In this document: positions 1 to 10,072 of the stretch, in pieces
Numbering within the stretch: the stretch's first letter is position 1
How the letters are laid out: each line of letters begins with the position of its first letter
Source of the DNA: Candidatus Hadarchaeota archaeon
Lineage (GTDB): Archaea > Hadarchaeota > Hadarchaeia > Hadarchaeales > Hadarchaeaceae
DNA: 41,157 nucleotides
Assembly: GCA_040757795.1 (NCBI GenBank)
Contig: JBFLWG010000003.1
Location: 1 to 41,157, forward strand
Direction: 5' to 3'
Made by a program: the position numbers and the translations under genes
The notes under the pieces: generated by a model
The model's database searches: none
What the model saw: only the letters and a program-made list of their open reading frames with translations
What the model was told of the DNA's origin: nothing

Positions 1-2628
1 TACATAACGCCGCTCAGGGCCCTCAACCGGGACATGCTGGAGCGCCTGCAGTGGTGGTGCGGCTCTCTTGATCTGAGGGTTTCAGTCAGGCATGGGGATA
101 CTGCCGAACGGGAAAGGCGAACCCAGGCCCTGGTCCCCCCTGACGTGATGATCACCACGCCCGAAACCCTCCAGATACTTCTGCTCGGCCGCAGGCTGAG
201 CAGCTACCTTCGCAGCGTCCGGTGGGTGGTGGTGGACGAGGTGCACGAACTCTCCGATAATGAGCGTGGGGCGCAGCTATCGCTGTCCCTCGAAAGGCTC
301 AGGGAGCTGAAAGGGGGCGACTTCCAGCTTATCGGCCTTTCTGCGACGATAGGCTCTCCTGACGAGGTGGCGAAGTTCCTTGTTGGGGCGGGGAGGCACT
401 GCAAAATCGTGGGCGTCAGCGTCGCCAGGGAAATAAAAATAGACGTGGTTTACCCCCAACCATCCAAAGCCGACGAGAGGCTGGCCACCAAGATTTACAC
501 GTTCCCTCACGTGGCCGCGAGGCTGAGAAAAATGAAGGCGCTGGTTGAAAAACACCGTTCGACATTGATATTCACAAACACACGGCCAACGGCGGAGGTC
601 CTGGGCAGCCGCTTCCGCCTCTGGGATGTCGACTTCCCGATCACGGTTCACCACGGATCCCTCTCAAGCTACACCCGGGAGCGGGCCGAGCGGATGCTGA
701 AGGCTGGCGAGCTCAAGGCAATAGTCTGCACATCTTCCATGGAGCTGGGCCTTGACATCGGCGCCGTTGACTTGGTTGTCCAGCACAACTCGCCGCGCCA
801 GGTGACAAGGCTGCTCCAGAGGGTTGGGCGAAGCGGGCACAGGATAGGTAAAGTGTCCAAGGGGGTGATAGTAGTTCAGGACTCTGACGACGCGCTTGAA
901 TCTCTAGTCATTGCCTCAAGGTCCCGCCAGAAGGAGCTTGAGCCTGTATCTATCCCTGAGAAGCCGCTGGACGTCCTGCTGCACTCGCTTGTGTCGTACA
1001 TTGTGGCGGGGAGGGAAGAAGATGTTGGAAAAGTTCTGGAAGTTTTCAAACGGGCGTATCCTTTCAGAAACCTCACCAAGGATGATGTCGTCCGGGCCCT
1101 CTCGTTCGCTCAGAGTCTGGAACAGAGGCTTGTGAAGGTGTCAGGGGACGGGAAAACATTTGAGAGGGGCGGTCCTAGCCAGAGAATTTTCGAGTATTAT
1201 TTCGGGAACCTGTCAATGATCCCTGAATTCAAGCAGTACATGGTTGTTGACGACGAGGAGGGGAAGCCTGTGGGGATTCTCGACGAGTCTTTCATAGCCG
1301 AGTACGGGGAGCCCGGGGTAAAGTTTGTCATGGGGGGCGAGCTCTGGAGAGTGATCCAGGTCTTCAAAGACAAGGTTTACGTGAAAAACGAGAAGGACCC
1401 GCTGGGTTCCATACCTACATGGATAGGGGAGGAAATCCCGGTCCCCCTCTCGGTGACTCGGGAGGTCGGGAGGATTAGGGGCACCGTTGAGGACGGGCTG
1501 AGGGGCGGGGAGAGGTTTGAGGACTTGATAGCCGGACTCTCCAAAAAACTGGAAACCAACGGGGAGACCATTGCGGCGGCACTAAAAGAGGCCAGAAAGC
1601 AGGCGGAGGACGGGCTTACACTTCCAACAGACAGGCGGGTGACGGTCGAGAAAGTGAAAGAGGTCTGTGTGGTGAACTGCTGTTTCGGAACTTTAGCCAA
1701 CCGGACAATCGCTAGGCTAATCTCGCACAAGGCATCAGCTGAGCTGGGGCTTTCGGTTGCAACATCTGTCGACCCTTACAGGGTGCTGCTGCGGTCGAGC
1801 GACCTAGAGCCGGACAAGATTTTGGAAATTCTAACGGGGAGGCTTGGAGGGGACTTCCGGCGCGACCTGCGACAAGTGATAGAGGAAAGCAGGTTTTTCA
1901 GGTGGCGGCTGGCCCAAGTAGCCCGCAAGATGGGGATTCTGCGAAGGGACGTGGAACTTACCAGCTCCATCCTTGACAAGCTTGTGAAGTCGTTGAAGGG
2001 GACGCCTGCTTTTGACGAAGCGTTCGGGGAGGTCGCGAGGAAGGACCTTGATCTGGACCTGACGCTGGAGCTGCTGGGGAAAATGGCCAAAGGTGTGATT
2101 GAGGTGGTCTCCTTCGGGGTGAGGAAAAACCCCACGCCTGTCTCAGAGCTTGCCTGGCGCCAGCGCTACCTGGTGCTTGAGCCGACCGCCCCCGGCAGGA
2201 TGAAAATCCTGGCGATGGCTTCAGCAAAGGCCCGCCTCCTTTCAGAAGTCAGGGCGTTCGCATGCGTCGAGTGCAGGAAGTACTTTGAGGAAATACAGGT
2301 GAACAAGTTGGCTGACAGGCCAAAGTGCCCTGTTTGTGGCTCTGACAAGCTGGGGATGGCCGAGGAGCAGGCGGACGAGGTCAGGTGGGGGGCCGAGCTT
2401 GCCGGAAGGGGGAAAATAACGCCCGTCTGGAAGCGGATTGTTGAGAACTCGAAGCTTATCTCGAGATATGGGAAGCCGGCGGCGGTGGCTCTGGTCGGGC
2501 GGGGCGTGGGGAACACCTCCGCAGAGCAGATCCTCTCGGTTGAGCAAAAGCTCACGAACAGGTTTTTCGAGCTTGTTGTCAGGAAGGAAAGAGAGTCTGT
2601 TTTCAGAAAATTCAAATGGAGCAGCTAG
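1..2628 (+). CDS. lhr: Lhr-family ATP-dependent SF2 helicase, 5' partial, with C-terminal Cys-rich motif
   Basis: Frame open from base 1 (YITPLRALNRDM, motif Ia); TTPET, DEVH, LSAT, HHGSL, SSMELGLD, QRVGRSGH; C-terminal CVEC...CPVC. Confidence 0.93.
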   Translation, partial: YITPLRALNRDMLERLQWWCGSLDLRVSVRHGDTAERERRTQALVPPDVMITTPETLQILLLGRRLSSYLRSVRWVVVDEVHELSDNERGAQLSLSLERLRELKGGDFQLIGLSATIGSPDEVAKFLVGAGRHCKIVGVSVAREIKIDVVYPQPSKADERLATKIYTFPHVAARLRKMKALVEKHRSTLIFTNTRPTAEVLGSRFRLWDVDFPITVHHGSLSSYTRERAERMLKAGELKAIVCTSSMELGLDIGAVDLVVQHNSPRQVTRLLQRVGRSGHRIGKVSKGVIVVQDSDDALESLVIASRSRQKELEPVSIPEKPLDVLLHSLVSYIVAGREEDVGKVLEVFKRAYPFRNLTKDDVVRALSFAQSLEQRLVKVSGDGKTFERGGPSQRIFEYYFGNLSMIPEFKQYMVVDDEEGKPVGILDESFIAEYGEPGVKFVMGGELWRVIQVFKDKVYVKNEKDPLGSIPTWIGEEIPVPLSVTREVGRIRGTVEDGLRGGERFEDLIAGLSKKLETNGETIAAALKEARKQAEDGLTLPTDRRVTVEKVKEVCVVNCCFGTLANRTIARLISHKASAELGLSVATSVDPYRVLLRSSDLEPDKILEILTGRLGGDFRRDLRQVIEESRFFRWRLAQVARKMGILRRDVELTSSILDKLVKSLKGTPAFDEAFGEVARKDLDLDLTLELLGKMAKGVIEVVSFGVRKNPTPVSELAWRQRYLVLEPTAPGRMKILAMASAKARLLSEVRAFACVECRKYFEEIQVNKLADRPKCPVCGSDKLGMAEEQADEVRWGAELAGRGKITPVWKRIVENSKLISRYGKPAAVALVGRGVGNTSAEQILSVEQKLTNRFFELVVRKERESVFRKFKWSS

Positions 2629-2634
2629 AGCGAT

Positions 2635-2901
2635 TCATCGCTTTCTTTTTCTTGCGCCCTTCTTTTCCCAGGCCCGCGCGGTCTTGATTCCCCAGAGAAT
2701 CCATATCGGGGCCAGTATCGCACCAACAACTAAAATTGACATCACAAGAATCGCCAAGTTCTGGTAGACTGTGAAGTTCTGCGCGTAGAAGAAAAGGAAC
2801 CAGACCAAGAATATCAGCCAGCCTAAGCCAACAACTGCGGAGACCGCGACCCTCCAGCCAAACCCGGGACCCATTTCACACTCTTCATTTTTCATTTCCA
2901 A
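2635..2901 (-). CDS. Small hypothetical membrane protein (2 TM helices, basic C-tail)
   Basis: Two hydrophobic stretches; follows rpl37e on the same strand; start could be TTG 2901 or ATG 2895. Confidence 0.7.
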   Translation of the reverse strand: MEMKNEECEMGPGFGWRVAVSAVVGLGWLIFLVWFLFFYAQNFTVYQNLAILVMSILVVGAILAPIWILWGIKTARAWEKKGARKRKR

Positions 2902-2914
2902 CGCGCCTCTTTGG

Positions 2915-3100
2915 TCAACGGAGCCTTGTTCCCTGGACGGTCTTCACCTTCCAGTTGTACCTGTAAATGCGCCGAGTCCTGCCGTAACCGCAAGCCGCGC
3001 AAACTTTCTTCTGAACATGAAAAGCCCTCCTCCCGCACCTCCGGCACTTTATGTGGGCGACCTTGTGGCGCTTTCCCATTGAATGGGTGCCTTTTGTCAC
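2915..3100 (-). CDS. rpl37e: 50S ribosomal protein L37e
   Basis: TKGTxSMGKR, CRRCG...CAACGYG zinc finger; GTG start after GGTGA; conserved position after Sm1. Confidence 0.96.
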   Translation of the reverse strand: MTKGTHSMGKRHKVAHIKCRRCGRRAFHVQKKVCAACGYGRTRRIYRYNWKVKTVQGTRLR

Positions 3101-3105
3101 TGGTA

Positions 3106-3330
3106 TCACCCTGCGGGAGAGATGTAGACTACGCTGTCTCCCCTGATCACCAGTGTCCCGTAGCCCTTGAGGACCTCTGTTCCCTTGATCTCCTCGGCTT
3201 CCTCAAGCACCAGGTTGACATGGATGTCAAAGCCTGAGAGTTTCCCTCGGAACTCCCTTCCTCCCTTGAGCCCCACCAGCACCGATGAACCAAGTGCCCT
3301 GTTTAAGACGTCCAGTGGTCTAAGTCCCAT
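3106..3330 (-). CDS. Sm-like (LSm/SmAP1) RNA-binding protein
   Basis: RPLDVL, [12 protein letters not shown] (Sm1 motif), VIRGD (Sm2 motif); upstream of L37e. Confidence 0.95.
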   Translation of the reverse strand: MGLRPLDVLNRALGSSVLVGLKGGREFRGKLSGFDIHVNLVLEEAEEIKGTEVLKGYGTLVIRGDSVVYISPAG

Positions 3331-3393
3331 TAAATCATCAACCCTTCTTCTGGCGCGTATTTAAAGATTAGCAGGGGGGCATTTTGCAAAACA

Positions 3394-4785
3394 TCACCTG
3401 TACCAGGGAAGGCTTCTAGACAGGTAATCTGAAATGAATTCCCTGAGCCCTCTGTTGCCGAAGAGTTTTGCGACTTCGGCCCCTTCGAGAAGCTGGTGGC
3501 CCTTCCCGATGGCGCCGGAGACGTCTTTTCCAAAGCCTGTCCCTTCCTCGAGAAAACGCGACAATGACCGGCGGGCGTCCGTCTCCTTTCTCTCGAGCTC
3601 GAAAAACACCCTGCCGCCTTCATCCACCAGCGGGCCGGCAAGCTTTGATTTTGAACCGGCGTGATCCCCTATGAACTTCTCAGCCCCAAGGGCCACCGGC
3701 GGTCCAAGCCGGGCCTGGGCTTTCGGCAGCTTTGAAACAGCCAGCTCTATTAGAATCACCGCCAAACCGCCTTCCGACCAAACGTCGCTTCTGAATACCT
3801 GGAATCCCGACTGCGCCATCCGTCCCAGGATGGCTCGCTCGGTCCTGCGCAGCTGGGGGAAAAGAACGTCCTCAACGGCGTCGGGCGGCCTGAACGCCAC
3901 GCAGAAGAACCTCGTCCCGCGCTTCTTTAGCCGCGCCCTCAAGTCGCCGGGCCCGATCGGCTTCACAGGCCTTGGGAAGAAGAACCCAAGCCTAGGCGCC
4001 CTGACGAAGTCCTGACAGGCCAGGATGAACTCTGAAAGACTTTTGAGGGAAACCGCGGACGCAACGTTCCTGTTCCGGTCAACAGGGTCGACCACGACAA
4101 GTGGCTCCCCTGTGAACACTGCCCTCGGCTCCAGTTCGCTTGGGTAAAATTTCTCTATATCTATGACCGCGCCTGGCGGCCAGCCAGCAGCCGCCTGGAC
4201 CAGCCCTTTGAAAGAGCCGTGATGAAGAACCAACAGCTCGCAAAGGTAGCCTGAAAATCCCCTCGTCCTGTATTCTGAGCCGTAAACACCAATCCCCTGC
4301 ATGAACTGTTTTACAAGCAGTACCTGCTCCTCCAGCTCTGCCGTGAGCCTTTTTTTGACATATTCCTGGTGGTGGGGGGTCCTGTCCACCGCGCTTTTTA
4401 TCATGCCGGGGTCGGAAACCTCGTATGCCGGAACAAGGTCCACCTGGAACCCGTTGTAATTCATCGTCAAGTACGGATGCTCAGCGAACCTCTCCTTTCC
4501 CTTCCTTTCGGCCACCTCCCGCGCGACCGCCAGACCCTGCCTTTCGAGCTCGTCCTTTGAGACTGTTTCAGGAAAAAGCATAAAAATATCTATGTCTTTC
4601 TCTGTCCTCAGCCAAGTCCCCCTAGCGGCAGACCCGACAAGCGCGGCGCGGGCATGGACGCCAAGCTTTCTGCATGCGCCCTCAACACTTTCGATCAGCT
4701 CACCCACTACTTTTGACAGCTTTGCAGCGTCACCGCTGCGGGGCTTGACCTTTCGCAGTACCTCTTTCAGAACGGCTTCCACCAC
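3394..4785 (-). CDS. cca: CCA-adding tRNA nucleotidyltransferase (class I)
   Basis: VGSxARGTW...DIDIF, AEHPY, DLVP, SAVDRTP, GFSGYLCELL, DPVDxNRNVA. Confidence 0.96.
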   Translation of the reverse strand: MVEAVLKEVLRKVKPRSGDAAKLSKVVGELIESVEGACRKLGVHARAALVGSAARGTWLRTEKDIDIFMLFPETVSKDELERQGLAVAREVAERKGKERFAEHPYLTMNYNGFQVDLVPAYEVSDPGMIKSAVDRTPHHQEYVKKRLTAELEEQVLLVKQFMQGIGVYGSEYRTRGFSGYLCELLVLHHGSFKGLVQAAAGWPPGAVIDIEKFYPSELEPRAVFTGEPLVVVDPVDRNRNVASAVSLKSLSEFILACQDFVRAPRLGFFFPRPVKPIGPGDLRARLKKRGTRFFCVAFRPPDAVEDVLFPQLRRTERAILGRMAQSGFQVFRSDVWSEGGLAVILIELAVSKLPKAQARLGPPVALGAEKFIGDHAGSKSKLAGPLVDEGGRVFFELERKETDARRSLSRFLEEGTGFGKDVSGAIGKGHQLLEGAEVAKLFGNRGLREFISDYLSRSLPWYR

Positions 4786-4865
4786 TTCAACCTCCCAAAC
4801 ACTCCTCGCCGCGCTACAGTTATATAGCCTCAGAACCCCAGCCTAAATGTCAGTCGGGTGTAATT

Positions 4866-5582
4866 ATGGGACGAGTGGTCACGATAGCCTCGATCAAGGG
4901 TGGTGTCGGCAAGACCACCATAGCGGAAAATCTAGGTATAATGCTAGGCAGGCTTGGCCGGAAGGTCCTGATCGTGGATGCCGATATCGCCATGGCTGGC
5001 TTGAGCACCCTCCTCGGTATGACCGACCGCGACCCCAACCTGCACGACCTGATGTCCGGCCGGGGGGACCCCGAGAAGAGCATTTACGAGGCATACGGTG
5101 TTTGGATTCTTCCTTCAGGCCACGCGGTCGGGAGTTTTGTCCGGGCAAACCCTTCCAAGCTGCCTGACATAATCTTGGGGCTGAAGCCAAGTTTTGACTA
5201 TGTCGTTATTGACACCCCTCCGGGATTGAACAAATACAGCCTCACTCCATTGAAGCTGGCCGACGACATAATCTCTGTCACAACGCAGGACCCGTCAGCC
5301 ATTGATGCCGCGGCAAAGCTTGAGGAGGTGGGGCAGGCGATGGGGCTAAAAGTATTAGGGGTGGCGGTAAATCGCGTGAGGAAACCGACTTTCTTCAAGA
5401 AACTTAGGCTGATGGGCCGGGCACAAATCCAAGCGAGGCTCAAGTCAAAAATACTTGTGGGGATACCTGAAGACATTTCAGTTATGGAAGCGGCCACCGT
5501 GGGGCGCCCTGCGATATTTTACAAGCCAAAAAGCCCCGTGACACGGTCCATCCGTAGCCTGGCAGAAAGGCTTGGCGCATAA
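4866..5582 (+). CDS. minD: MinD/ParA-family ATPase
   Basis: Deviant Walker A KGGVGKTT, IVDAD, IDTPPG, VNRV, IPED. Confidence 0.88.
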   Translation: MGRVVTIASIKGGVGKTTIAENLGIMLGRLGRKVLIVDADIAMAGLSTLLGMTDRDPNLHDLMSGRGDPEKSIYEAYGVWILPSGHAVGSFVRANPSKLPDIILGLKPSFDYVVIDTPPGLNKYSLTPLKLADDIISVTTQDPSAIDAAAKLEEVGQAMGLKVLGVAVNRVRKPTFFKKLRLMGRAQIQARLKSKILVGIPEDISVMEAATVGRPAIFYKPKSPVTRSIRSLAERLGA

Positions 5583-5609
5583 CATTAATAGTCCAAGCCA
5601 GATTATTTT

Positions 5610-6509
5610 TTGGACTCAATGAAGACTATACCAACTGGAGTCCTCTCTCTGGATTCCCTGATAGGCGGCGGATTTCCGGCTGGCTCCCTTGTCCTGCTGA
5701 AGTCCGAGATAGGCGCAGGCCACAAGGAGTTTCTGATGACATCATCCATCATGACGTACGCGATGAAAAAGGGGATGATAAAAGCTGCTGAGCCGACGTC
5801 TGTAACTGCCGGGGACGTCTGGTGGACAACTTTCACACGTGCACCTGAGGACATCCGGCAAGAAGTTATGATGAGCTTTGAGCAGGATCTCTACTCTCTT
5901 TTCAGGGACAATGTTAAGTTCAGGGACTTCTCGGAGGACTACTTCCGGACATCGCCAGTTCCCAGCGAATGGGTGTCGGGCAAGGCAAAAGAGGAGGTGG
6001 AAAAGGAGAGGCTGCACGGGCTGACACAGGCATTCACAACCCTTCACCGCACAACTGCGGCCCCGGCGATAAAGCCAAAAACAATGCTGGAGTCTCTTGC
6101 GGAATTTCTGACGATCAACGCTCCCAACAACGCCATAGTGCTTTACACCCTCAGCGACCTGGCGAGGTTGTATTCCGATTCAGAAACGAGGTGGTATGAT
6201 TTCACGCTGTTCCTCAGGGGGCTGCAGAGGGCGGCCAAAAGGTGGGACGGCATCATCTACCTCCCGATGACCGCGAAGCTTCTGGAAGAGAGAAGGGAGG
6301 AGGAAATCTCAGCCTGCGTTGACGGCTCGGTCACCTTCAAGTGGGAAGCCGCCGGACCAACCCGAAGGCGCAGGATAATGTATTTCGAGAAGTTCCGAGG
6401 CTTGCTTCCGAGGCTTGACGGCGCGGCAGTGGTGAAGTTCGAAGTCACCATAACCCCAACTGCTGGTTTTGAGGTGGCGCGTGCGGAGCTAATTGAAGGA
6501 CTGAGATGA
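5610..6509 (+). CDS. KaiC/RAD55-like RecA-fold protein with degenerate Walker motifs
   Basis: IPTGxxxLDxLIGGGFP, SEIGAGHKEF in place of the P-loop, C-terminal EKFRG; start may be ATG 5619. Confidence 0.85.
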   Translation: MDSMKTIPTGVLSLDSLIGGGFPAGSLVLLKSEIGAGHKEFLMTSSIMTYAMKKGMIKAAEPTSVTAGDVWWTTFTRAPEDIRQEVMMSFEQDLYSLFRDNVKFRDFSEDYFRTSPVPSEWVSGKAKEEVEKERLHGLTQAFTTLHRTTAAPAIKPKTMLESLAEFLTINAPNNAIVLYTLSDLARLYSDSETRWYDFTLFLRGLQRAAKRWDGIIYLPMTAKLLEERREEEISACVDGSVTFKWEAAGPTRRRRIMYFEKFRGLLPRLDGAAVVKFEVTITPTAGFEVARAELIEGLR

Positions 6510-6982
6510 TGAAAGAGCGTGGTATATCCCCAATCATAGCTACTGTTTTTCTCATCGCGATCACAGTAGCCGCTGCTGCCCCGCTTGCCACTTGGTTGAG
6601 TGGCTATTATTCTCCATTCAGGCCAAGATATGTAGATTTGGCTGTCTACGCTGGATTGATACACGAAAACATTGCGCGGTTCCACATCCAGCACGTTGGT
6701 GGGGAGACCATAAGATTTGATTTAACCAAGCCAACCACTGATGAAATAAGAGGGTGGGCAACTCTTTCGACGAGGTTTATAGAAAACAATTTTTATGGCT
6801 GGACGTTCGAGAACCCGGAGAGGTTCAGGCAGAGCGACTGGGCATACGCCGAGGTTCAGCTCCGTGGGGCCAGCCTTGCCATAGGGAGCGTCCTGACTGT
6901 AAGGATAACAAGCGCGCGGGCGGGGCTCCTTTATGACGGCGAAGTGGTCTTAAACTCCATCGACCAGATTCCTGGCGGATGA
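6506..6982 (+). CDS. Archaeal type IV pilin-like protein
   Basis: Class III signal peptide KERG|ISPIIATVFLIAITV; IQHVGGE motif; ATGA overlap with the upstream gene. Confidence 0.88.
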   Translation: MMKERGISPIIATVFLIAITVAAAAPLATWLSGYYSPFRPRYVDLAVYAGLIHENIARFHIQHVGGETIRFDLTKPTTDEIRGWATLSTRFIENNFYGWTFENPERFRQSDWAYAEVQLRGASLAIGSVLTVRITSARAGLLYDGEVVLNSIDQIPGG

Positions 6983-7029
6983 TTGCCAGACTGCTTTTGC
7001 AAATTTTTAAGCTGTGCCGCCATTATTAA

Positions 7030-8151
7030 TTGGGGGAAAACTTGAACTGCAGGGCTGCTCTAAGCCTGGCCTGTGCTGCCTTTCTAATGGTGGCCACCGC
7101 CCAGGCTGCCGCGCCCCAGGCGGGAGTGCCTACATGGAGCGTGGGGGACAGCTGGGCAATGGGCGCCAAAGATATTGACTTAACGCCGATAATGAACGCT
7201 TTGGTGGAAAACATGCAGCAGTATTTTTCTGGAATGACGCTGGTCATGACAGGAAAAATGGGATTTTACGAACTGTTTGAGGTCACAAGACAAGACAGCC
7301 AGTTCTACAACCTTGCGGCAAACCAAGGGGTGGAGATGACTGCGGACGTTTCGTTTAGCGGCTCTTACTCCGGGCAGCAGATATCAGCTACAGCTCATTC
7401 TGTGATGACGCTGAACATGAACGGGACGATGTACTTCACTAAAGAGGATATGCGGCTTTCGAAGTATGACGGGACCATGGATTTTGACATGACGATGTCG
7501 GGAGGCGCCGGAATGCTTGGAAACATGAACATGAATGTGAATATTACTGGGAACATCAGCGTTACTTTCACTCCCGCATTGAACCTTTTTGACTTCCCAC
7601 TTTCGGTCGGGGACAACTGGGCCATAAATTCCACAGCGGCAATAACAGGGACGGTCAGCGGCAAGGCGAGCGTGCCTATGTTTGGGGAAGTTCCAATCAA
7701 TCAAAATCTGGACTCAACCGTACCCCTATCAATATCCGCGAGCTGCCCAAGCACCAGCAACATCACTCTGGCGGACGGCAGCTCCACAACTGCTTACAAA
7801 ATAGCCTACACGGGGGCGGATTTTTCAGGCACAAACATATTCCTGCCTGCTGGAGTTCTGTATTACTCTCCCGACAAGCGCTTTGTGGTCTCCCAAGAGC
7901 TTTCGTTCACTGACGCGATGGGCGGGCTTTCAAAGGCTTCGACGGGCACATCAAGCTACACCTACGGGCTTTCAAGCGCGCAAAGCGAGCAGACGCTTTT
8001 CACGGCTTCTCCGATGAGCAGGGATGCTGCGACCAGCGCGATATCGGGGCTCGGGACGGGCGGGAGCAACATACTCCCTTTGGTCATCGTGGCAGTTGTC
8101 GCCATAGCGATTGTGGCTTCGACTGCTATTGTGATTAAAAAACGATCCTAG
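7030..8151 (+). CDS. Secreted, C-terminally membrane-anchored hypothetical protein
   Basis: Signal peptide ending near AQA; S/T/M-rich beta-like body with repeated SVGD(S/N)W; C-terminal TM plus KKRS. Confidence 0.8.
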   Translation: MGENLNCRAALSLACAAFLMVATAQAAAPQAGVPTWSVGDSWAMGAKDIDLTPIMNALVENMQQYFSGMTLVMTGKMGFYELFEVTRQDSQFYNLAANQGVEMTADVSFSGSYSGQQISATAHSVMTLNMNGTMYFTKEDMRLSKYDGTMDFDMTMSGGAGMLGNMNMNVNITGNISVTFTPALNLFDFPLSVGDNWAINSTAAITGTVSGKASVPMFGEVPINQNLDSTVPLSISASCPSTSNITLADGSSTTAYKIAYTGADFSGTNIFLPAGVLYYSPDKRFVVSQELSFTDAMGGLSKASTGTSSYTYGLSSAQSEQTLFTASPMSRDAATSAISGLGTGGSNILPLVIVAVVAIAIVASTAIVIKKRS

Positions 8152-8218
8152 TAGACGCTGGAATCTGGCAATCGCCCCAAAATAGTGAAACCCTTATTGG
8201 AGGATGTTTATGTGAAAA

Positions 8219-10072
8219 TTGATGCTGATGACGGCCGACCCATGGGGCAGCTTCAGGGAGGATGTGTGCAGGGCGCTGGAGCTTGCGATATCGGAAATAA
8301 AGTGGAAGTCTCCCGTGCCCGTGCGCACCACCGTCGAAGAACCGCCAGACCAAAAGCTGGGGGACCTCGCGTCAACCATCTGCTTCGAGCTGGCTAAATC
8401 TCTTCACAAGTCCCCCCTTTGGATAGCCTCCGAAGTCCAAAAGGTGTTGAAACCAGCGGGGTTGATTTCAAGGGTTGAGATAACAGGGCATTACTTGAAT
8501 TTTTTCGTTGACATGCCCAAGCTTGCGGCACTGACGCTAGAGTCAATCGAGCAGAAGAAGGAAGGCTACGGGCGGGCGAAACCTGGAAATAAAAAAGTCG
8601 TGGTGGAACACACAAGCATCAACCCCACCAAGCCTCTCCACATAGGCCACTGCAGAAACGCCGTCCTTGGGGACACGATGGCCAGGATTTTGCAGGCTGC
8701 AGGCTACCGCGTGGAAATCCACAACTACATTGACGACATGGGGAGACAGGTCGCTGAAACCCTGCTGGCGCACAGGCTTGCCAAGCGGAAGCCAAGGGCC
8801 AAATTTGACCACATGCTTGGCCTGATATATGCCGAGATGCACAAGCGCTTGGAAACAGAGCCGGAACTTGACAAAAAAGTGAAGAAGATTCTGGCAGAGC
8901 TGGAAATGAAGGGAAAAAATGTTTCTACCGCCAAAAATCTGGCCGAGCGCTGCGTGAAGGCAAACCTCGAGACCACAGACAGAATGGGAGTAACTTACGA
9001 CCTTCTTGTCTGGGAAAGTGACATAGTGCGGGCGGGGCTTTTGGAGGAGTCCCTTGAAAAGCTGAAAAGGGCCAAGCGGCTGGTGGAAGGGGTAGGTGAA
9101 AGGGCCGGCACTCTCGTCCTGAAGCTGGATGATTTTGGTGTGGAGGACAAGGTACTTGTCCGTTCTGACGGCACGGCTGTTTACACCGCCCGGGACATAT
9201 CTTACCAGCTCTGGAAGCTCGGGGAGGCCGGGAAGGGGCTGAAGTTCAAACTTCACTCGCGCCGGGCTGATGGGCGCAAAACTTACTCGACTGCCAAAAG
9301 GGGCGGGACTGCTGCCGACTTCGGACACGCGGACATTGTTGTGAATGTAGTCGGGGCGGAGCAAAGATTCCCGCAAAAGGTTGTGTTTGCGGCCCTCCGG
9401 GCACTTGGTCTTGAGGAAGCGCACAAAAACTCGCGCCACCTCGCTTACGAGCATGTCTGGCTCCCTAGCGGCAGGTTCTCTGGCAGGAAAGGAACGTGGG
9501 TCGGATTCTCTGTAGACGATGTTCTGGAAGAGGCCGCGGCCCGAGCCATGGTGGTGGTTAAGGAACACGCCCCGAAAGAGAGTGCGGCTTTCTGGAAAAA
9601 GGCGGCGGAGTTTGTGGGGGTCGGCGCAGTCAGGTACTCGATGCTGAGCACTTCCGCTGAAAAGAAAATAGTCTTCAAGTGGGAGGACGCCTTGAACTTT
9701 GACAGGAACAGCGGGCCGGCGATACAATATTCTCACGCCAGGGCATGCAGCATACTCCGAAAGTCCAAGCGGAAGGGAGGGAAGCACCCGGATGAAATAT
9801 TCAGGCTTCCGCAGGAGCAGCGGCTGCTCAAGCTCCTTTCAAGGTTCCCGGGGGTTGTCAGAGAGGCTGGAGATGGACTTCAGCCACACTTGCTCGCGCT
9901 TTACGCCTCCGAGCTGGCGCTCGCTTTCAACACTTTTTACGAGGCCGCCCCGGTGATCGAGGCGGAGTCTCAGGAGCTAAAGGCCGCGAGGCTGAGACTG
10001 GTGAATTGCGTCAGGCTGGTTTTGCAAAACGCACTTGGGATCATGGGGATGGTCGCTCCTGAGCGGATGTGA
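8219..10072 (+). CDS. argS: Arginine--tRNA ligase
   Basis: EHTSINPTKPLHIGHxRN, RSDGTAVY, FSGRKG, IQYSHARACSI, C-terminal PERM. Confidence 0.97.
   Translation: MMLMTADPWGSFREDVCRALELAISEIKWKSPVPVRTTVEEPPDQKLGDLASTICFELAKSLHKSPLWIASEVQKVLKPAGLISRVEITGHYLNFFVDMPKLAALTLESIEQKKEGYGRAKPGNKKVVVEHTSINPTKPLHIGHCRNAVLGDTMARILQAAGYRVEIHNYIDDMGRQVAETLLAHRLAKRKPRAKFDHMLGLIYAEMHKRLETEPELDKKVKKILAELEMKGKNVSTAKNLAERCVKANLETTDRMGVTYDLLVWESDIVRAGLLEESLEKLKRAKRLVEGVGERAGTLVLKLDDFGVEDKVLVRSDGTAVYTARDISYQLWKLGEAGKGLKFKLHSRRADGRKTYSTAKRGGTAADFGHADIVVNVVGAEQRFPQKVVFAALRALGLEEAHKNSRHLAYEHVWLPSGRFSGRKGTWVGFSVDDVLEEAAARAMVVVKEHAPKESAAFWKKAAEFVGVGAVRYSMLSTSAEKKIVFKWEDALNFDRNSGPAIQYSHARACSILRKSKRKGGKHPDEIFRLPQEQRLLKLLSRFPGVVREAGDGLQPHLLALYASELALAFNTFYEAAPVIEAESQELKAARLRLVNCVRLVLQNALGIMGMVAPERM

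Noticed and set aside
8543-9787. 414-aa minus-strand ORF
   Set aside because: Antisense shadow of argS with no recognisable motifs
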